Shown: positions 51,431 through 64,000 of the stretch, piece after piece | How positions within the stretch are numbered: the first letter of the stretch is position 1 | Layout: each line of letters opens with the position of its first letter | NCBI GenBank assembly: GCA_040437565.1 | Contig: JBDOQK010000045.1 | Location: 124,001 to 188,000 of the forward strand | Source of the DNA: Albugo candida | Lineage: Eukaryota | DNA: 64,000 nt | Direction: 5' to 3' | The notes under the pieces: generated by a model | Database searches by the model: none | What the model was told of the DNA's origin: nothing | Seen by the model: the letters and a program-made list of their open reading frames with translations, nothing else | Translations under genes and position numbers: made by a program

Positions 51431-51843
51431 CTACAAGAGAATGTAAGTAATATTCGGTAAGTTGACGAGTAAATCAGGAGAATGAGGAATTGTATCGAGA
51501 GAACTGAGTGAAAAAAAATCAAAAAGATTTTTTGGCTGGTTTATTGATGCTTTTAGCGTTACGATTGTCTCGCTTATCTATTTGTCAAGGCTAGTCGTTA
51601 AATGTACACGAAATTTGACGTAGAATTGAGACGTCGTTGAATGTCTAGGTTTCGACCCATCTTACGTTGTACGATCACATTATAGAGTTTTACGTGAGTT
51701 GTCATGTTAGGGCTTCAATCAGCTATTTATGGAACGTCCTGGAGTGTCCAACTGTTTATTTTCTGCGGAAAAGTACTTTTCGCTGCGTTAGCTATTCACT
51801 TTCCAACACACTCTCGACTACCTAGATCAGATCTATTCATACA

Positions 51844-52282
51844 ATGGTTCGATTCATTAACAAAAGAGTAGCAATGGCCGCATCCGTTTTGCTCTACTCG
51901 GCTGGGCAGAACCCTGTCCTGGGTGTAGGAGGACAAAAAAATCGGAGTATTGGCAAGAATAGTGAAGGATATCAAGAACTGGACGCTATTATTCAAAATG
52001 ATGATCGTGGTAAGGTAGCTAGTCTCCCTCAGTCAGTAGCTCGAAAAAACCTTGTTCTCTTTAGATACCATTGACCAATATTCAAGTCTGGCTAATTGGT
52101 CCAATCTCAAATCTTTGCGCGATTCTGTAGGGTCGAAGGAAACCCAAGAGAAAGAGTACAAGCCGGGATATGATTCGTCTTCGTCTACGTCCAACACACG
52201 CAAACCGAAATCGGCGAAATACCGTTTTCGATTTTCCTTTCCTTGTATAAACGGTAAACATAAATCTGACAGCTCCTGCTAA
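51844..52282 (+). pseudogene. Putative small secreted protein (~145 aa) split by one frameshift in an A-run
   Basis: MVRFINKRVAMAASVLLYSAG is a signal-like start. ORFs 51844-52074 and 52052-52282 join if one A is removed from cgaaaaaac (~52044-52049). Initiator-like ttcactttcca at ~51795. Confidence 0.45.
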
Positions 52283-52399
52283 AGTGTGTTTTGTCACAAG
52301 ACGTAAACCAGGCACAAGCTATAATCACTATAAAATATAGTCCTTTTTTATTAATAGGCAGATTGGCAACTAGTTATCACTGCATTAGTTATCTTTCAC

Positions 52400-53540
52400 G
52401 TCATCCAAACAAAACTTGCCACTTTTAGCTACAGCCATTTCTCTCCGTAATGGATTGTTTTCTTCACCGTTGTGATCCAACCTCGTTCTCTCGATCTATG
52501 TCATAAAGTTTTTTGGTAGACTTAGTCTAAAATGATTATATTTTTTTCAGTGTGTCTATAATCTTTTTTGCTGTGAAGTATCCTTGCCCCTAAGCCCACT
52601 ACTAGTTATTGACAGTTCTTCAAACAAGATTATCTACCCCAAAAAAGAGTATCAGGAATTCTTCTGTTCATTTCGCTTAGCTCGTCTACATGAGCTATGC
52701 GTGAATATCTCTTCATCTTCTGTTTGCCAGTGTTTCCCGCTCCGAAGACCGATTCCTTATACGGTTACCGGAAATGTTTGACAATTGCAGGTGCGCGATA
52801 GATTTATCCGACAAAATGCGGATCAAGGATGTCACAAAAACCGTTTTTACGCATATTAGAGCTTGCTACGGATTTTTTGAGCTCTTCATATCTGTCCGTC
52901 TTGAGAAGCGGTGAAATGAGGGTACATCGAGCACTTGTGATGGTCAGGGATATTTTTAAGGATTCAAGGTTCCCCGTTTTGTACATTCTGGTGTATGTAG
53001 TATGTAAACGCAGCAACTTCTGCGCTATCCAATGCCAAGATGTAAGTAGATTCAGTAGTGAGTAAAAGCTCGGAATTCTTGGGCAATGGGTCTGTAGTGA
53101 TTCGGCATCGAGCATTATTGTAAAACTATGTTTAGATAATCCATCCCAATGAGCACTCAAAGCCAGACTTCTATCTTGTTAGAATACTGACATGATAAGT
53201 ATGAGCGCCGGCGTCGCTCGATAACGGTGTGTTTGAGTCAGAATGAACATACTCTAAATTGAAGTGNNNNNNNNNNNNNNNNNNNNNNNNNNNNNNNNNN
53301 NNNNNNNNNNNNNNNNNNNNNNNNNNNNNNNNNNNNNNNNNNNNNNNNNNNNNNNNNNNNNNNNNNAACCACCTACTACGTAAGCCAAATTCTGAGAAAA
53401 TACGCTGATCTCTTTTCCATGCCCCCGTAGTGCTGGCATAACTTAATATGCAGTATGCGTCTAGCGTGGTTGAGATGTAAAGAAATGATCCCAAGTTGGA
53501 CGTGGCTCCCTCCATTATTCTACTCTGTGATCCCAATCGA
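52400..53540 (-). pseudogene. Second CCG-like relic spanning a gap
   Basis: FLYISTTLDAYCILSYASTTGA resembles SLYIFATTLEASK..C..CLLLAG of the 37459 relic; 118-aa open stretch at 52804-53160. Confidence 0.4.
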
Positions 53541-53599
53541 GAATTTTATGTTGATCGAATTTCAAAGCCCACATTATCTCGAGTTGAATATGTCATAAT

Positions 53600-56500
53600 A
53601 ACTAGAAAAGAGATTGAAATGATAAGATGCGAGATTCCAAACATAACCGTTGATCTTTGAACATCGATAAGACACGTTTCCGAAGATATCACAACGTAGC
53701 CAAAATGTTCGGATTCGTTCTGTTCACAGTGCGTCCGATCTTTTCCGCTATCACCAACATGTCAACATAGGATAAATCTTGGTTGGCGCGGGAGAGTTAC
53801 AGACGCGTGAAATTTGAAACTCTTTTCTCTCCTTGCTTATTAGTGATGGAACCAAGATACTATTGTTCACGACGCAGTATCTAAGTAACTTCATTCTAAA
53901 GTCCGCGCAGCAAATTTTCTCCAGCCACATTGGATCTCTTCAGCTCTTCGTGCTTTAAATAGTTGGCGACGAAGTTTTCCTTCGTTAGCTATTGGTCGCT
54001 CACTCAGAAAACGTCTTAAAGATTTCGGATGTCGAAAAGTGTAGCAAAAAACTTCGGATATGTCCGATGTGATTCGTCCACCATGCCAAGATTATACCAA
54101 ACGTTTTGCGCACTTGGGTTACGAGAAGCAGCTTGTTAATGTTTTTTTAGTCGCAGTGGAAGCACATAGGCTGTTTCATGTAGTCCTGACGGCGTTGTAG
54201 AGCATTTAAACTTGAAATTGGTATGCTCCAGTCCATATGATGCAAAATTTCAAAGGCGTGTCCACCAAGAAGATGTGCTTTCTTATTGTAGCATTTACCT
54301 TTGTTAATGTGTAACTAACGTTAGAATAACCCTTTGCCTGTGGTCCAAATGAAGTCGGATATGCTGGTAATAATTCTGCCCAAGCAGCTGTCCAATTTGC
54401 GGAATAATTGTCGACGCATCAAGTGCACACTACTAGAGAAAAAAATACGCTGTAGCTTCAAAGAGCACTTTGATGATGAGCTGAACATGCTTCGATTCTT
54501 TTTGTGTGTACGACAAGCGCACATCGAGTTAGCACCGATTGCCGCTGTCGCATAGTCTCTGCTGGTATATCCAAGTGCCTAGCGTAATTCTAAGGACGTG
54601 ATAAAGATATCTTCTTGGCGACCGGTAGTCGCCCACGGAAAGGTCGTGCATGTCGAACCCATACGTTAGGAATATGCTTGGCGAGAGTCAAAATAGCCAT
54701 CCAATGAGTAGGTGTCTGGCCTACGGGAAATTTTTTTATTTATTTTTTTTTTCATCAGCAGAAACTTGGTCGAGTTATATATGCCCTGGATGGTCAAATG
54801 AGGATCCGTGCTCACGGCATGATCCGATTTCAAAGAGAGCAAAGAACATTCCGTCGCAATAAACTTGAACGAGTTCGATTTGCGTCAAAACACGATTAGA
54901 TCTCTGAAGGAAATGTCGAATCGTCCACAAACAATATTTCAGTTGCGATAGTCGTGCCATTGATCCAAATGCCATGCTCTTCATATTTGCGAAGAAAATT
55001 TCTTGAAGGTCCGATCGTCTTCAAGAAAAAAAGGTGCTGAGAGATGATCGCATTGTCTTACTCCACGTCGTGGTGTATTGGACGGTGCGACATTTCAATT
55101 GATCATCGACAGCTCTTTTGTGTTATTGTATAGAAGACGGACCCAGTCGATGCAACTTTTTCTTGAAGCCATTTTTTCCAAAAGGCGACACATTTTCGTC
55201 CAATTGACTCAATCATACGGTTTTTTCAAAATCGAGAGAAGTCGCATAAGCTTCCAAGTCTTCAATACAGGTAGGAAGTTGAAATGTAATTTTTCTGGCA
55301 TAATTGCTTTTGGATCTTGATGGATCAATTTTAGCAAAACCGTTGCAATCTATGCACCCATGATTTTAAAAAGTACATCCGCATTACGCATAGCAGTGGG
55401 ATCGGTCGATAGTTGCCAGGATCACCTCATGCTCCTTTTTTTCACAATAATGTAATTGCCAAGTGACGTCGTGGTCGATGTAAGATACCTCGTTCAAGAT
55501 GATATTCGAACACGATCTTCAGACACTTGCCAAACGGTTCCGGACCAAGCAGATAAAGTGCAGCTGGTAGTCCACCCATACCGGGAGAAGAACTACTCCG
55601 CATCTGCTTGATCGCTCCCGCCATTTAGGTCGTACTCAAGCGAGTTGAGAGACGGTCTTGCTCTTCGGAGGCAAGAGAAACTTGAATCGAATCGATTAAA
55701 TTATTAACTTCTTTCTTTCACATGGAGCATTTGAGTCGGCCTCTGAGCTATGAAGAGAGTCCATGACACCACCAAAATGGTCTCTGGATTCGTCAGTAAT
55801 CTCCCTCGGGTTCAACGTCACGATACCACATTTTTTTATGACATTTTCGATCAGCACGCGACGACAAGAACTATCCGGATGGCTAGAAAATGCTTGAAAG
55901 AGTTCTTCATATGCTTCAAGTAATGGTCGAAGCTTTCATCTTGGCTGTATTTGCATTGATTTCGACCGAAATTCTGGAGTGTTGGAGACTCGATTCGTAA
56001 AAATACCGTGACTCATTGGTGTCTTGAATGCGATATCGAGCTGCTGCGACTTCAAAAACACACTGGCTGAACTGAACATTACTTTGGCTTTCTTGTGCAA
56101 CCTTGCTATCAATTCTTTAAGGCAGATGTTCGAATTTTATCTTCAAACTTTCCCAAATTTTTGTAGGATTTGAAGTTGCCCTTAACTGCTCGAGTAGCAC
56201 AATTCGCTCCAATTTGATTGCGGCGACAACTTGAGTCTATTCATACCATTTTTTCAATATCCTGTCCCTGGCGATTGAGTTGAATTTGAAAAAGTTACTT
56301 TTTGTGCGAGATGATCCCCCGCATGTCGTAGGCCGTCAGATGGTTCTATACGTGCTGAATATTTCTTCTGACTGATGATGTAATCTATTCGATATTTGAG
56401 CGGTAATGTTCCTGAAAATACGTTTAGTAGGATGCTATATTCGCCAAGCGTCTATCACACCTAGCTGAAAAAGCCATTCCAAATACGCTAATCAACTTGG

Positions 56501-57168
56501 TTCGTGTTAAATTGTTCGACTCGATGGATCGAATCGGATCGAGTGTTGTATTGGAATTACAAAAAAAAAATGCGAATTGTGTTGCGAATCATAAAACACT
56601 GTTTACTCGGCCTTGACCAGTGCATGTATATTGTGAATATACACAAGTGCATCGTAGATGAGAAGTCGAAAAACCAAATAACAATTTCGAATGCTTCGTT
56701 CGGTGAGATGATTATCTGTTGAATATCCAGGTGAGTCCGAGCGAAGGATTGCTGTGACCCCGCGACCGCGATTTTGAGTAGGATGAAGAAAAATTGTGAT
56801 CATTGACAAAAATTGTGTGCTGCATTTGCGAATGTAATTAGTCCAGTTGGTTGAGATCGTCAAACCTGGTGTCTTTAAAACAAAAATTTCGAATGCTTTG
56901 AAAGGAGTGGTCGATAAGGAGATGACCATTTTGAAAAATTCCATTGACATTCACCTTGGTTGCTGAAATATTGTTCCACGTTGAAATATCCCAGGAGACC
57001 TTGGCTAAATTAAGTGGCCCAGCAATTTAACTTGTTTCACCGTCTTGATCTAAGACATGAAGCGTTGCATGTTCCTTTGGGAGAAAGCTAAGATTGACTA
57101 AGACCTCGCTGATATCACCACAGAGATGGACACTTAGTGGCCTGGAGATCACACAATGCATTATGCCC
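53600..57168 (-). mobile_element. Heavily decayed L1/Tx1-type LINE (ORF1 end, endonuclease, RT, partial C-terminus)
   Basis: RGRGVTAILR..YIHNIHA (endonuclease, 56603-56950); SSSPGMGGLPAALY..AITLL (RT, 55442-55624); DFEKxYD-like at ~55215-55240. Colinear with the 1-6900 element. Confidence 0.88.
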
Positions 57169-60100
57169 NNNNNNNNNNNNNNNNNNNNNNNNNNNNNNNN
57201 NNNNNNNNNNNNNNNNNNNNNNNNNNNNNNNNNNNNNNNNNNNNNNNNNNNNNNNNNNNNNNNNNNNNGGGCAATATCGATCACATGATCGCCACATCGG
57301 CATGTTACTATGATGCATTGAGATACAGCCTCCCCTGTCAGAAGCAGACATGTGCTAGTGGCAACAAAGTCAGTGGGATTTTACTGACAAGGATTTAACA
57401 CGGCATTTTGTATGCTCCTATATGGTTTTATATAGACGCTTAGCTTCGTTTCGAAAATAAGTAACGATTTAAAAGCGTCTCTGCTTATAGTCTTTGTCTG
57501 GGAATGACAACCGAACCAGTGCGTATGAGGACACTAATCGGAAGTAAACAACACTGATGACCCGGAATCCATATCACCGGTACTTGGGTGAGATAGTGGA
57601 TCCAGTGACCTTTTGTGCAAAATGTCGGGTCAGCAGACATAAACTACAGTTCCAATAACGAAAGAGCTATGCTTGCGCGATTGAAAGTCTGAACAGTGTC
57701 CGGCACTGACTTCCACTAAGGCACATTTTTTCGGACAATACAGCTCTCTTCAAGTGAACCGTTCCACCAACGTGGCGTTTCATCGCGTCGTAAATGTTAC
57801 ATCTGATTATGCTCTTTAAAAACGTTATTGATCAGAAGTAGATGTGCGACCCCGTCCAACTCAGGATCGTTCGATTCCATGCATATTAAATAAAACCCCG
57901 TTCATGGTTGTGGGCAGATCTAATGCTGCCAGGTGATTTGGTCCTGGTTGGTACAAAGTTGTACCAGCCGACGCACATGAATGATGCACGCATCGCCTTG
58001 GACCAGATTGTCCGAGGAACAGGATTATGAACGGTATATATTTAACAACTTGAAACCAGATTTTTATTGCATTATTATGATACCATAAAAAACTTCAGTA
58101 AAAATTTGAAAGGTTGCTGCTTATGCACTATGTTGTGCTAAGCTCGGTGTCTGTTTTGTTGACGTATCCCCATATGTAATTTTTCGTTTGTTTATCATTA
58201 CCGTATTGTCTGATAACAAAAATAACAAAATTCTTTGCAAATTTCGCTTTCCTTATGCGGTGGCGGGTATCGTATAGATGTATCTTGTCAGCGTTAGGAT
58301 GCATTGCCTGACAGAAAACCTGACTCTGTACAGCTTTCCCTCTATAAATCAAATACTACAATGCAATCACTCCAGTGTCTAGACCTTCATGTCAATTTTT
58401 ATAAGTTGAGCTATTCGGTCAACTTACCTGGATAAGTTACGACATTTTTTTACGTTTTTATTGTTGATTTGCTGCAGAAGTATCATATCCTTTACTACAC
58501 GTTTCAATGACGTCAAAGAAACCAAAAATGTATACCACATGGTTACTCATAAAGGAGCACGTAAAATGGATTCCCACAGTTGAAAAAACATAGCAGCGAA
58601 ACTAGCAGGTCAACCAGTTCCGAACATAGGACTTGCAAGAATTGACGCATTTTTTGAGCTTCTAACGCACAATATCAAACTCGACTACATATTGGGCATT
58701 AAAACGACCCAAACGTTCTCTAAATTTCAATGGAACTGGTTTGGATCTATATTCTGGCAATGTACTGTCAGGATTACAAACCTTACACTTCTGCTTCTGG
58801 TATAAATATGTATGATCGGTCATTATTGCAAATTCGTTTATCACCTCATTATATGTGCGTAACTGCTGAGGTCTTCTCGATTGTGTTACAACCCATGAAA
58901 ATACTACTATTACAGCATCTAACCACAATTAGGGCGCATAGAGCTTGATCATCACAGATACCTTTATAATAGTCGAGAAATTTCTTAAGCATCGCTGTTC
59001 TTTTCTGTGACATTATCCTGATTCTACCACACAACTGCAGTGTAGAACTCTGTGCTATAAGCCATTCGTCCTACCGAAATATGGTACAATTGATGAAACG
59101 GTACGAACTGTTGGGTAATCAAGCTGGTAATGAATTTGGTATATTTAAGGTTCGAACGCATCATCTCCATTCATTTTCATTACTTATGTTATTCTATTAC
59201 TTTAAATCTTTAGCTAAAGCGCAGAACATTTCAGTCTCTATTTATGAGGGACGAAAACCAGCTTGTCAAATAGATGTCTTAGGTATCTTTTTATTTGTAC
59301 AAAGGTGAGGCTGTATTTTTGCTTGTATAGGAACCTTGTCGGACTATATATGTGACACCACCATCGACTACTTTTTTTCTGTGAAAATATAAAAGCACAA
59401 GCGTTGACGATCAATAACTTCAAAGACTATAGTTTTTCTGACCCGTAACTGAGTGCCGAGATTGATTCAGCCAGCCACCTCAAATTACTGAAATTTTATC
59501 AAAACAATACAAAAAAAAAGAAGAGTATGCACACACAAATTTCAAAACCATGCAAATTACATCGTGGCAATAATCATGATCAGAACCGTTATGGGCTACT
59601 ATCGTCAAAAAGAGTCTGGAAGATCTAACAAACAGAACTGATTGGCTTAGCCAGGCTAAGAGGATGTCTTGAGAACGATTGATTCTGGCTGGCTAGAAGT
59701 TATGCTACTGGGTAAGCGCAGGAGTAACAAATACATATAACAGTGTCGTCAGATTTTTTTTGCCATCTCTTGAACAACACGCTCAAGCCAATAAAGATGA
59801 TTGGACTAAGAACCCGAAATTGATTGATGTATAACAGGTCAGCAGTATGTTTTTCCCTCCTTACCATTAAGTAAATAGTACCTCGAGAGCTCAAAGAAAG
59901 CTGACTGTCGTAATTTCTTCACATCGCTAGAAGAGCAAAGCATGGAAGTATCGTGGCTTTATTGGGGTAACGAATTGTTTCAACAGGAATGATGTAGAAG
60001 ATTTACCCAAAAATCTCGAAAAGAACATTTATTTTCGAGATTGTATCTTGAATCATCGACCCGTTCATCCGACTGTCAGCTTGCAAGAAGATCAGTTAGT

Positions 60101-60809
60101 TCTATTATGCTTATGACTAATTATGTCTTCTTCTCGGACTGCACTGTGATCAAGGAAACGGTAATCCTGATACCACAAGCTCTTCATCGCTAAGTGATAT
60201 TCAGAAGTGAGAGAATGGAAATTGTACCTATACAGGAATCCATAGGACGCGGATACAAGATATAATTTCCAAGTCTCATTCTCGATTCGCAAGCAATGCC
60301 CTGATGTTAACACTTCTGCAAATTGAAAGCGCCTTTCTTTTACACCAATTGAAAATCGAGACCTGTTCAGTTGGAAGGTAAAGGTCATTGCACACTCCCC
60401 CTGATTTGACTGCACCGCACAAAGATAGCCTATCTTGGGTGTTCCCATTTCTAAAAAAATGTTCACGAACGTCCTCAGCCATTACCTATATCGCATTTTA
60501 TGAGGTTGTCCACGCAACAGCGACGAGAATAATCACAAGCCATCTACAAAAACTTCTACATCTTGCTTTTCAGGTGCGTGGACGTATTGGTCAATAGTTA
60601 TGGACGTTCTGATCTTTAGTCGGCTAAGTAAAGATTCGATTCAATTCTTCCATATATGCAACCATATCCCTCTTGTATTGACTGAAGAGGCACGTAGCGG
60701 AATGGCTCAAATATATACTTCCATAATTGTACCGGTATTTTTAGTGGAATTGCAGAGAGCCATGCAAGCAACTCCTCTATGTATCTAGCCCCTACCAGCT
60801 CTTTTCTCT

Positions 60810-61653
60810 GAGCATCAAAATACAGTCACATTCCCAGACAATGGAGAAGGCTTTATTTAGAAAAGCATAGACCCGACTTTGAAACATTTGAAGATTACAA
60901 TAGGAATGCAGAAGCAAGCGCTACTGAGACGTTACGGTATAAATTGGTACACCGCGAAAATCTCTCGTAGTACTCCTATATAGCTAAGTCATGTGCTTTC
61001 TTGTATATCCTTAGCGAATATTAATTATCACCTTCATGAAGCTCTGACTTTTCTGAATGATTATTTTGATAATTCTTTTCTCTGCTCGGGTTTCTATTGT
61101 CACCTGATATTATCTTATCAAGTAGTTTCCTGCCAATTAACAGTATCACATTGTCTATATTGCTTATATCTACCGATAATANNNNNNNNNNNNNNNNNNN
61201 NNNNNNNNNNNNNNNNNNNNNNNNNNNNNNNNNNNNNNNNNNNNNNNNNNNNNNNNNNNNNNNNNNNNNNNNNNNNNNNNNGAGCATCAAAATACAGTCA
61301 CATTCCCAGACAATGGAGAAGGCTTTATTTAGAAAAGCATAGACCCGACTTTGAAACATTTGAAGATTACAATAGGAATGCAGAAGCAAGCGCTACTGAG
61401 ACGTTACGGTATAAATTGGTACACCGCGAAAATCTCTCGTAGTACTCCTATATAGCTAAGTCATGTGCTTTCTTGTATATCCTTAGCGAATATTAATTAT
61501 CACCTTCATGAAGCTCTGACTTTTCTGAATGATTATTTTGATAATTCTTTTCTCTGCTCGGGTTTCTATTGTCACTTGATATTATCTTATCAAGTAGTTT
61601 CCTGCCAATTAACAGTATCACATTGTCTATATTGCTTATATCTACCGATAATA
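60810..61653. repeat. Direct duplication 60810-61181 = 61282-61653 across a gap (likely haplotype-overlap artefact)
   Basis: Offset 472; one substitution seen (C61104 vs T61576). Confidence 0.9.
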
Positions 61654-64000
61654 TGCTTCTTTGAAGAAAAATGATGTTTCCTCTTTATCAGCTCTCATTC
61701 ATGATCCTGCTTTACAGTTTATTTCACAACGCTCATGTCCTTTCTATATAGTGTAAGCTGGACATCACTGCAAAGAGTCAGACACGATAAAATAACCCTG
61801 TTTCACGTTCTCAAATCCCCTTGGATTGAAGTTGTTTTCTCATTAGCAAACTGCCGTACTAGAAATCATTGAACCTTCTTAGCAACATTTCATACAAACA
61901 TTACCAGAGATCACGAACAACTGAATGGAGACAGTAATGTCCCCGTATCGAAGACCAGTAAGTTGTTTGTGACTAGTATTTCTTGTACGGCACATTAAGG
62001 AAGCAAAACAACGACGATACGTACAAAGTGACTATCTGGAATCAGAAGCGAGTCGAGTCTTGCTGATGAACATGGAGCCGATTCGAAATGAAAAGGAGAG
62101 AAGTATGGTGCAATTCATGAGTTGCTTCCGGCTTTTCATAGGCAACTTTAGACTCGTATGCGCAGACGAAGGTAAACTGTGAAGTTAATATATATTCTTG
62201 GTCCTTAGTTCGCAAACAGCTTCTACTACTTCTAAACCAATGAAAACCCTTCGATCATTCAAAGCGCTTCTAAAAATACTGGGAAGATCCTTTAGTGACG
62301 TCGCGAACTGACGTCATGATCATACATGAAATATGTTTACCCATGCAAGCAATACGCGGTGTAATATCAGCAGCAACAGACAGATCAGCTTGTCTAGCTA
62401 TTAGTTTTGAATGAACTCTATTGCTTAGTAAGCTTCCTGAAGTAATTGATGAATGTATTCAGATATGAAAGTCAGTCAAAAATGAGACTTGAGATTATAC
62501 GTTTCGGACGAAACTCGGAATCTCTTTATCGAATTGGGTATTGCGAAATGATAACGATGTATATATGAAACACAATGAAGGCAAGCAGCGCGGTCATAGC
62601 TGATTTATACCCTCTATAAATAAATTATTTGGCGAGATGGTATGATATTCGATTTGTAATGGGAATGACACAACATCCTTTTTCAAGTGTTTTATAATCT
62701 CTCCAAAAGCATCTGACCAATGAATAACTGGGAGAGAACCCAGGGAAATACATTTGCCGTTGGGTGCCATTGTTTAGGGTTTAGTGTCCAAAAGAATTCA
62801 ATCTCATCCGCTTCATGCGGCACATGAGCGTATTCTTTTTCGAACTCTGGAGCTATAGATGTCAAGCGGGCTGGTCTATAATTTTAGAGAAACGAAAGAG
62901 CAATATTGTCACACATTGCATTCCAGTAAAATAATTTTATAGACTCTTCGCCTTTCCGTTCATCTATTTGAAGAGATATAAGAATTCTAGCAACGAGAGA
63001 AAATCTGTAACTTCAGAAGCAATCCTCTGAAGGATGATGCTTTTTTTGCTCATGTTCCTGACATTCCTGACATTGATATCAAATTGAAGCTATCGTTCGC
63101 CTTTTTTCAATTTTTCAAATGAGTGATTTTGGTACCTGTTGTTTGAAATCACCTCCGCGCGTTCTCGAGACTCTATCATGGAATTTTCAAAACTGGATGT
63201 CTTGATGATCTTCAGATGATGCTTTGTACCAGAAAATGATATCAGGTATTTTTCAGGATGATGAGGTGGGCTCTATAGGCTTTACAAGGTTCTTCTCATC
63301 ATCTTCTCCTTGTTGGTATTCTCATTCAATTTATCTCGAGTATTTTTCTTGGCTTTTACTAAGATTCTTTCTTGCTTATGACAGGTTGGTGATAGAATTT
63401 AATTTAGACGAAGTGGTCTCATTCAGAAGTTTTATTAGTACTTACCAAAAAAGAACACAGCAATGCTCATTACTTGTATCAAAAGTCGTACATAGAAATA
63501 AGCAACAAAAACCGTTCAGCTTACTTTGAATGGCATGTAGCACGATCTAAGGAACATTATGTCTTTGACATCACTCTTTATAGGTTTAAGGCTTGAAGAT
63601 GTGTCGATGCAGGTATATCTACATGTAAGAACTCTTTTCAGTATTTACTTTATACTAGTCTCTCGTCGGTGGTTACCGTATGGATTAGATCTTGCGGCTC
63701 TTGGATTGAAGCCACCTCACACGTAAGAAGCAAAGATGGTGTCGACGGTCAGGTCCGGCCAAGAGAAGAAGTCTCATTTTTTACATTCAACGTAGTAAGG
63801 CAAAACATACACTTCTCCTCCTGGGCACAGGTATTTATCTCAGTGAATGCTCGAGGCAATCAAGATATCACTGTTGGGCTTTTTCCCTCGCAATGCCAGT
63901 GCTTCCGGATAGGCTTCATCATAGAGCAAGGATTGGGTGAGACAATATTGGGGCTTGATTTCTCGTCACCCAATATCACGCAAATTACTAAGCTGAAGCC

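Noticed and set aside
57300..58050. Possible host gene fragment (DLMLPGDLVLVGTKLY...)
   Set aside because: Looks coding-like but is interrupted, and I do not recognise a family; not supportable without a search.
60810..61653. Tandemly duplicated short gene
   Set aside because: Gap-flanking overlap with one substitution, best explained as two haplotypes.
57553..62090. Hammerhead ribozyme cores at CTGATGA sites (~57553, ~62064)
   Set aside because: No stem II followed by GAAA in the correct geometry.
267..63529. Most short ORFs in the ORF track
   Set aside because: They are antisense or off-frame shadows of TE relics, run through N gaps, or start at non-ATG codons.

Overview
Eukaryotic, AT-rich, gene-sparse, transposon-dense region from a draft scaffold with twelve 100-N gaps. 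An oomycete origin, probably Albugo, is inferred from the TE types and from CCG-like effector relics. I found no long intact ORF. Well-supported elements: three decayed L1/Tx1-type LINE copies; a full-length decayed Ty1/copia element with both LTRs, PBS, PPT and a 5-bp TSD; three IS630-Tc1-mariner (Sagan-like) transposons carrying spliceosomal introns; a Mutator (MULE) transposon and several GG-terminal MITEs; a tRNA-derived SINE family (two copies, one complete with TSD); a TTLL tubulin-ligase pseudogene. Less certain: several decayed Cys-motif (CCG-like) secreted-protein genes and a small secreted-protein gene broken by one homopolymer frameshift. Structural highlights are a three-level nested insertion at 10.6-17.9 kb, a highly structured SINE without a poly(A) tail, copia LTRs starting TA instead of TG, a ~113-bp hairpin-containing tandem repeat, and a 194-bp perfect inverted repeat capping a whole contig. 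Four gap-flanking direct duplications are probably assembly artefacts. I cannot demonstrate a new biological system from this sequence alone; the SINE and the CCG-like relic cluster are the best leads.
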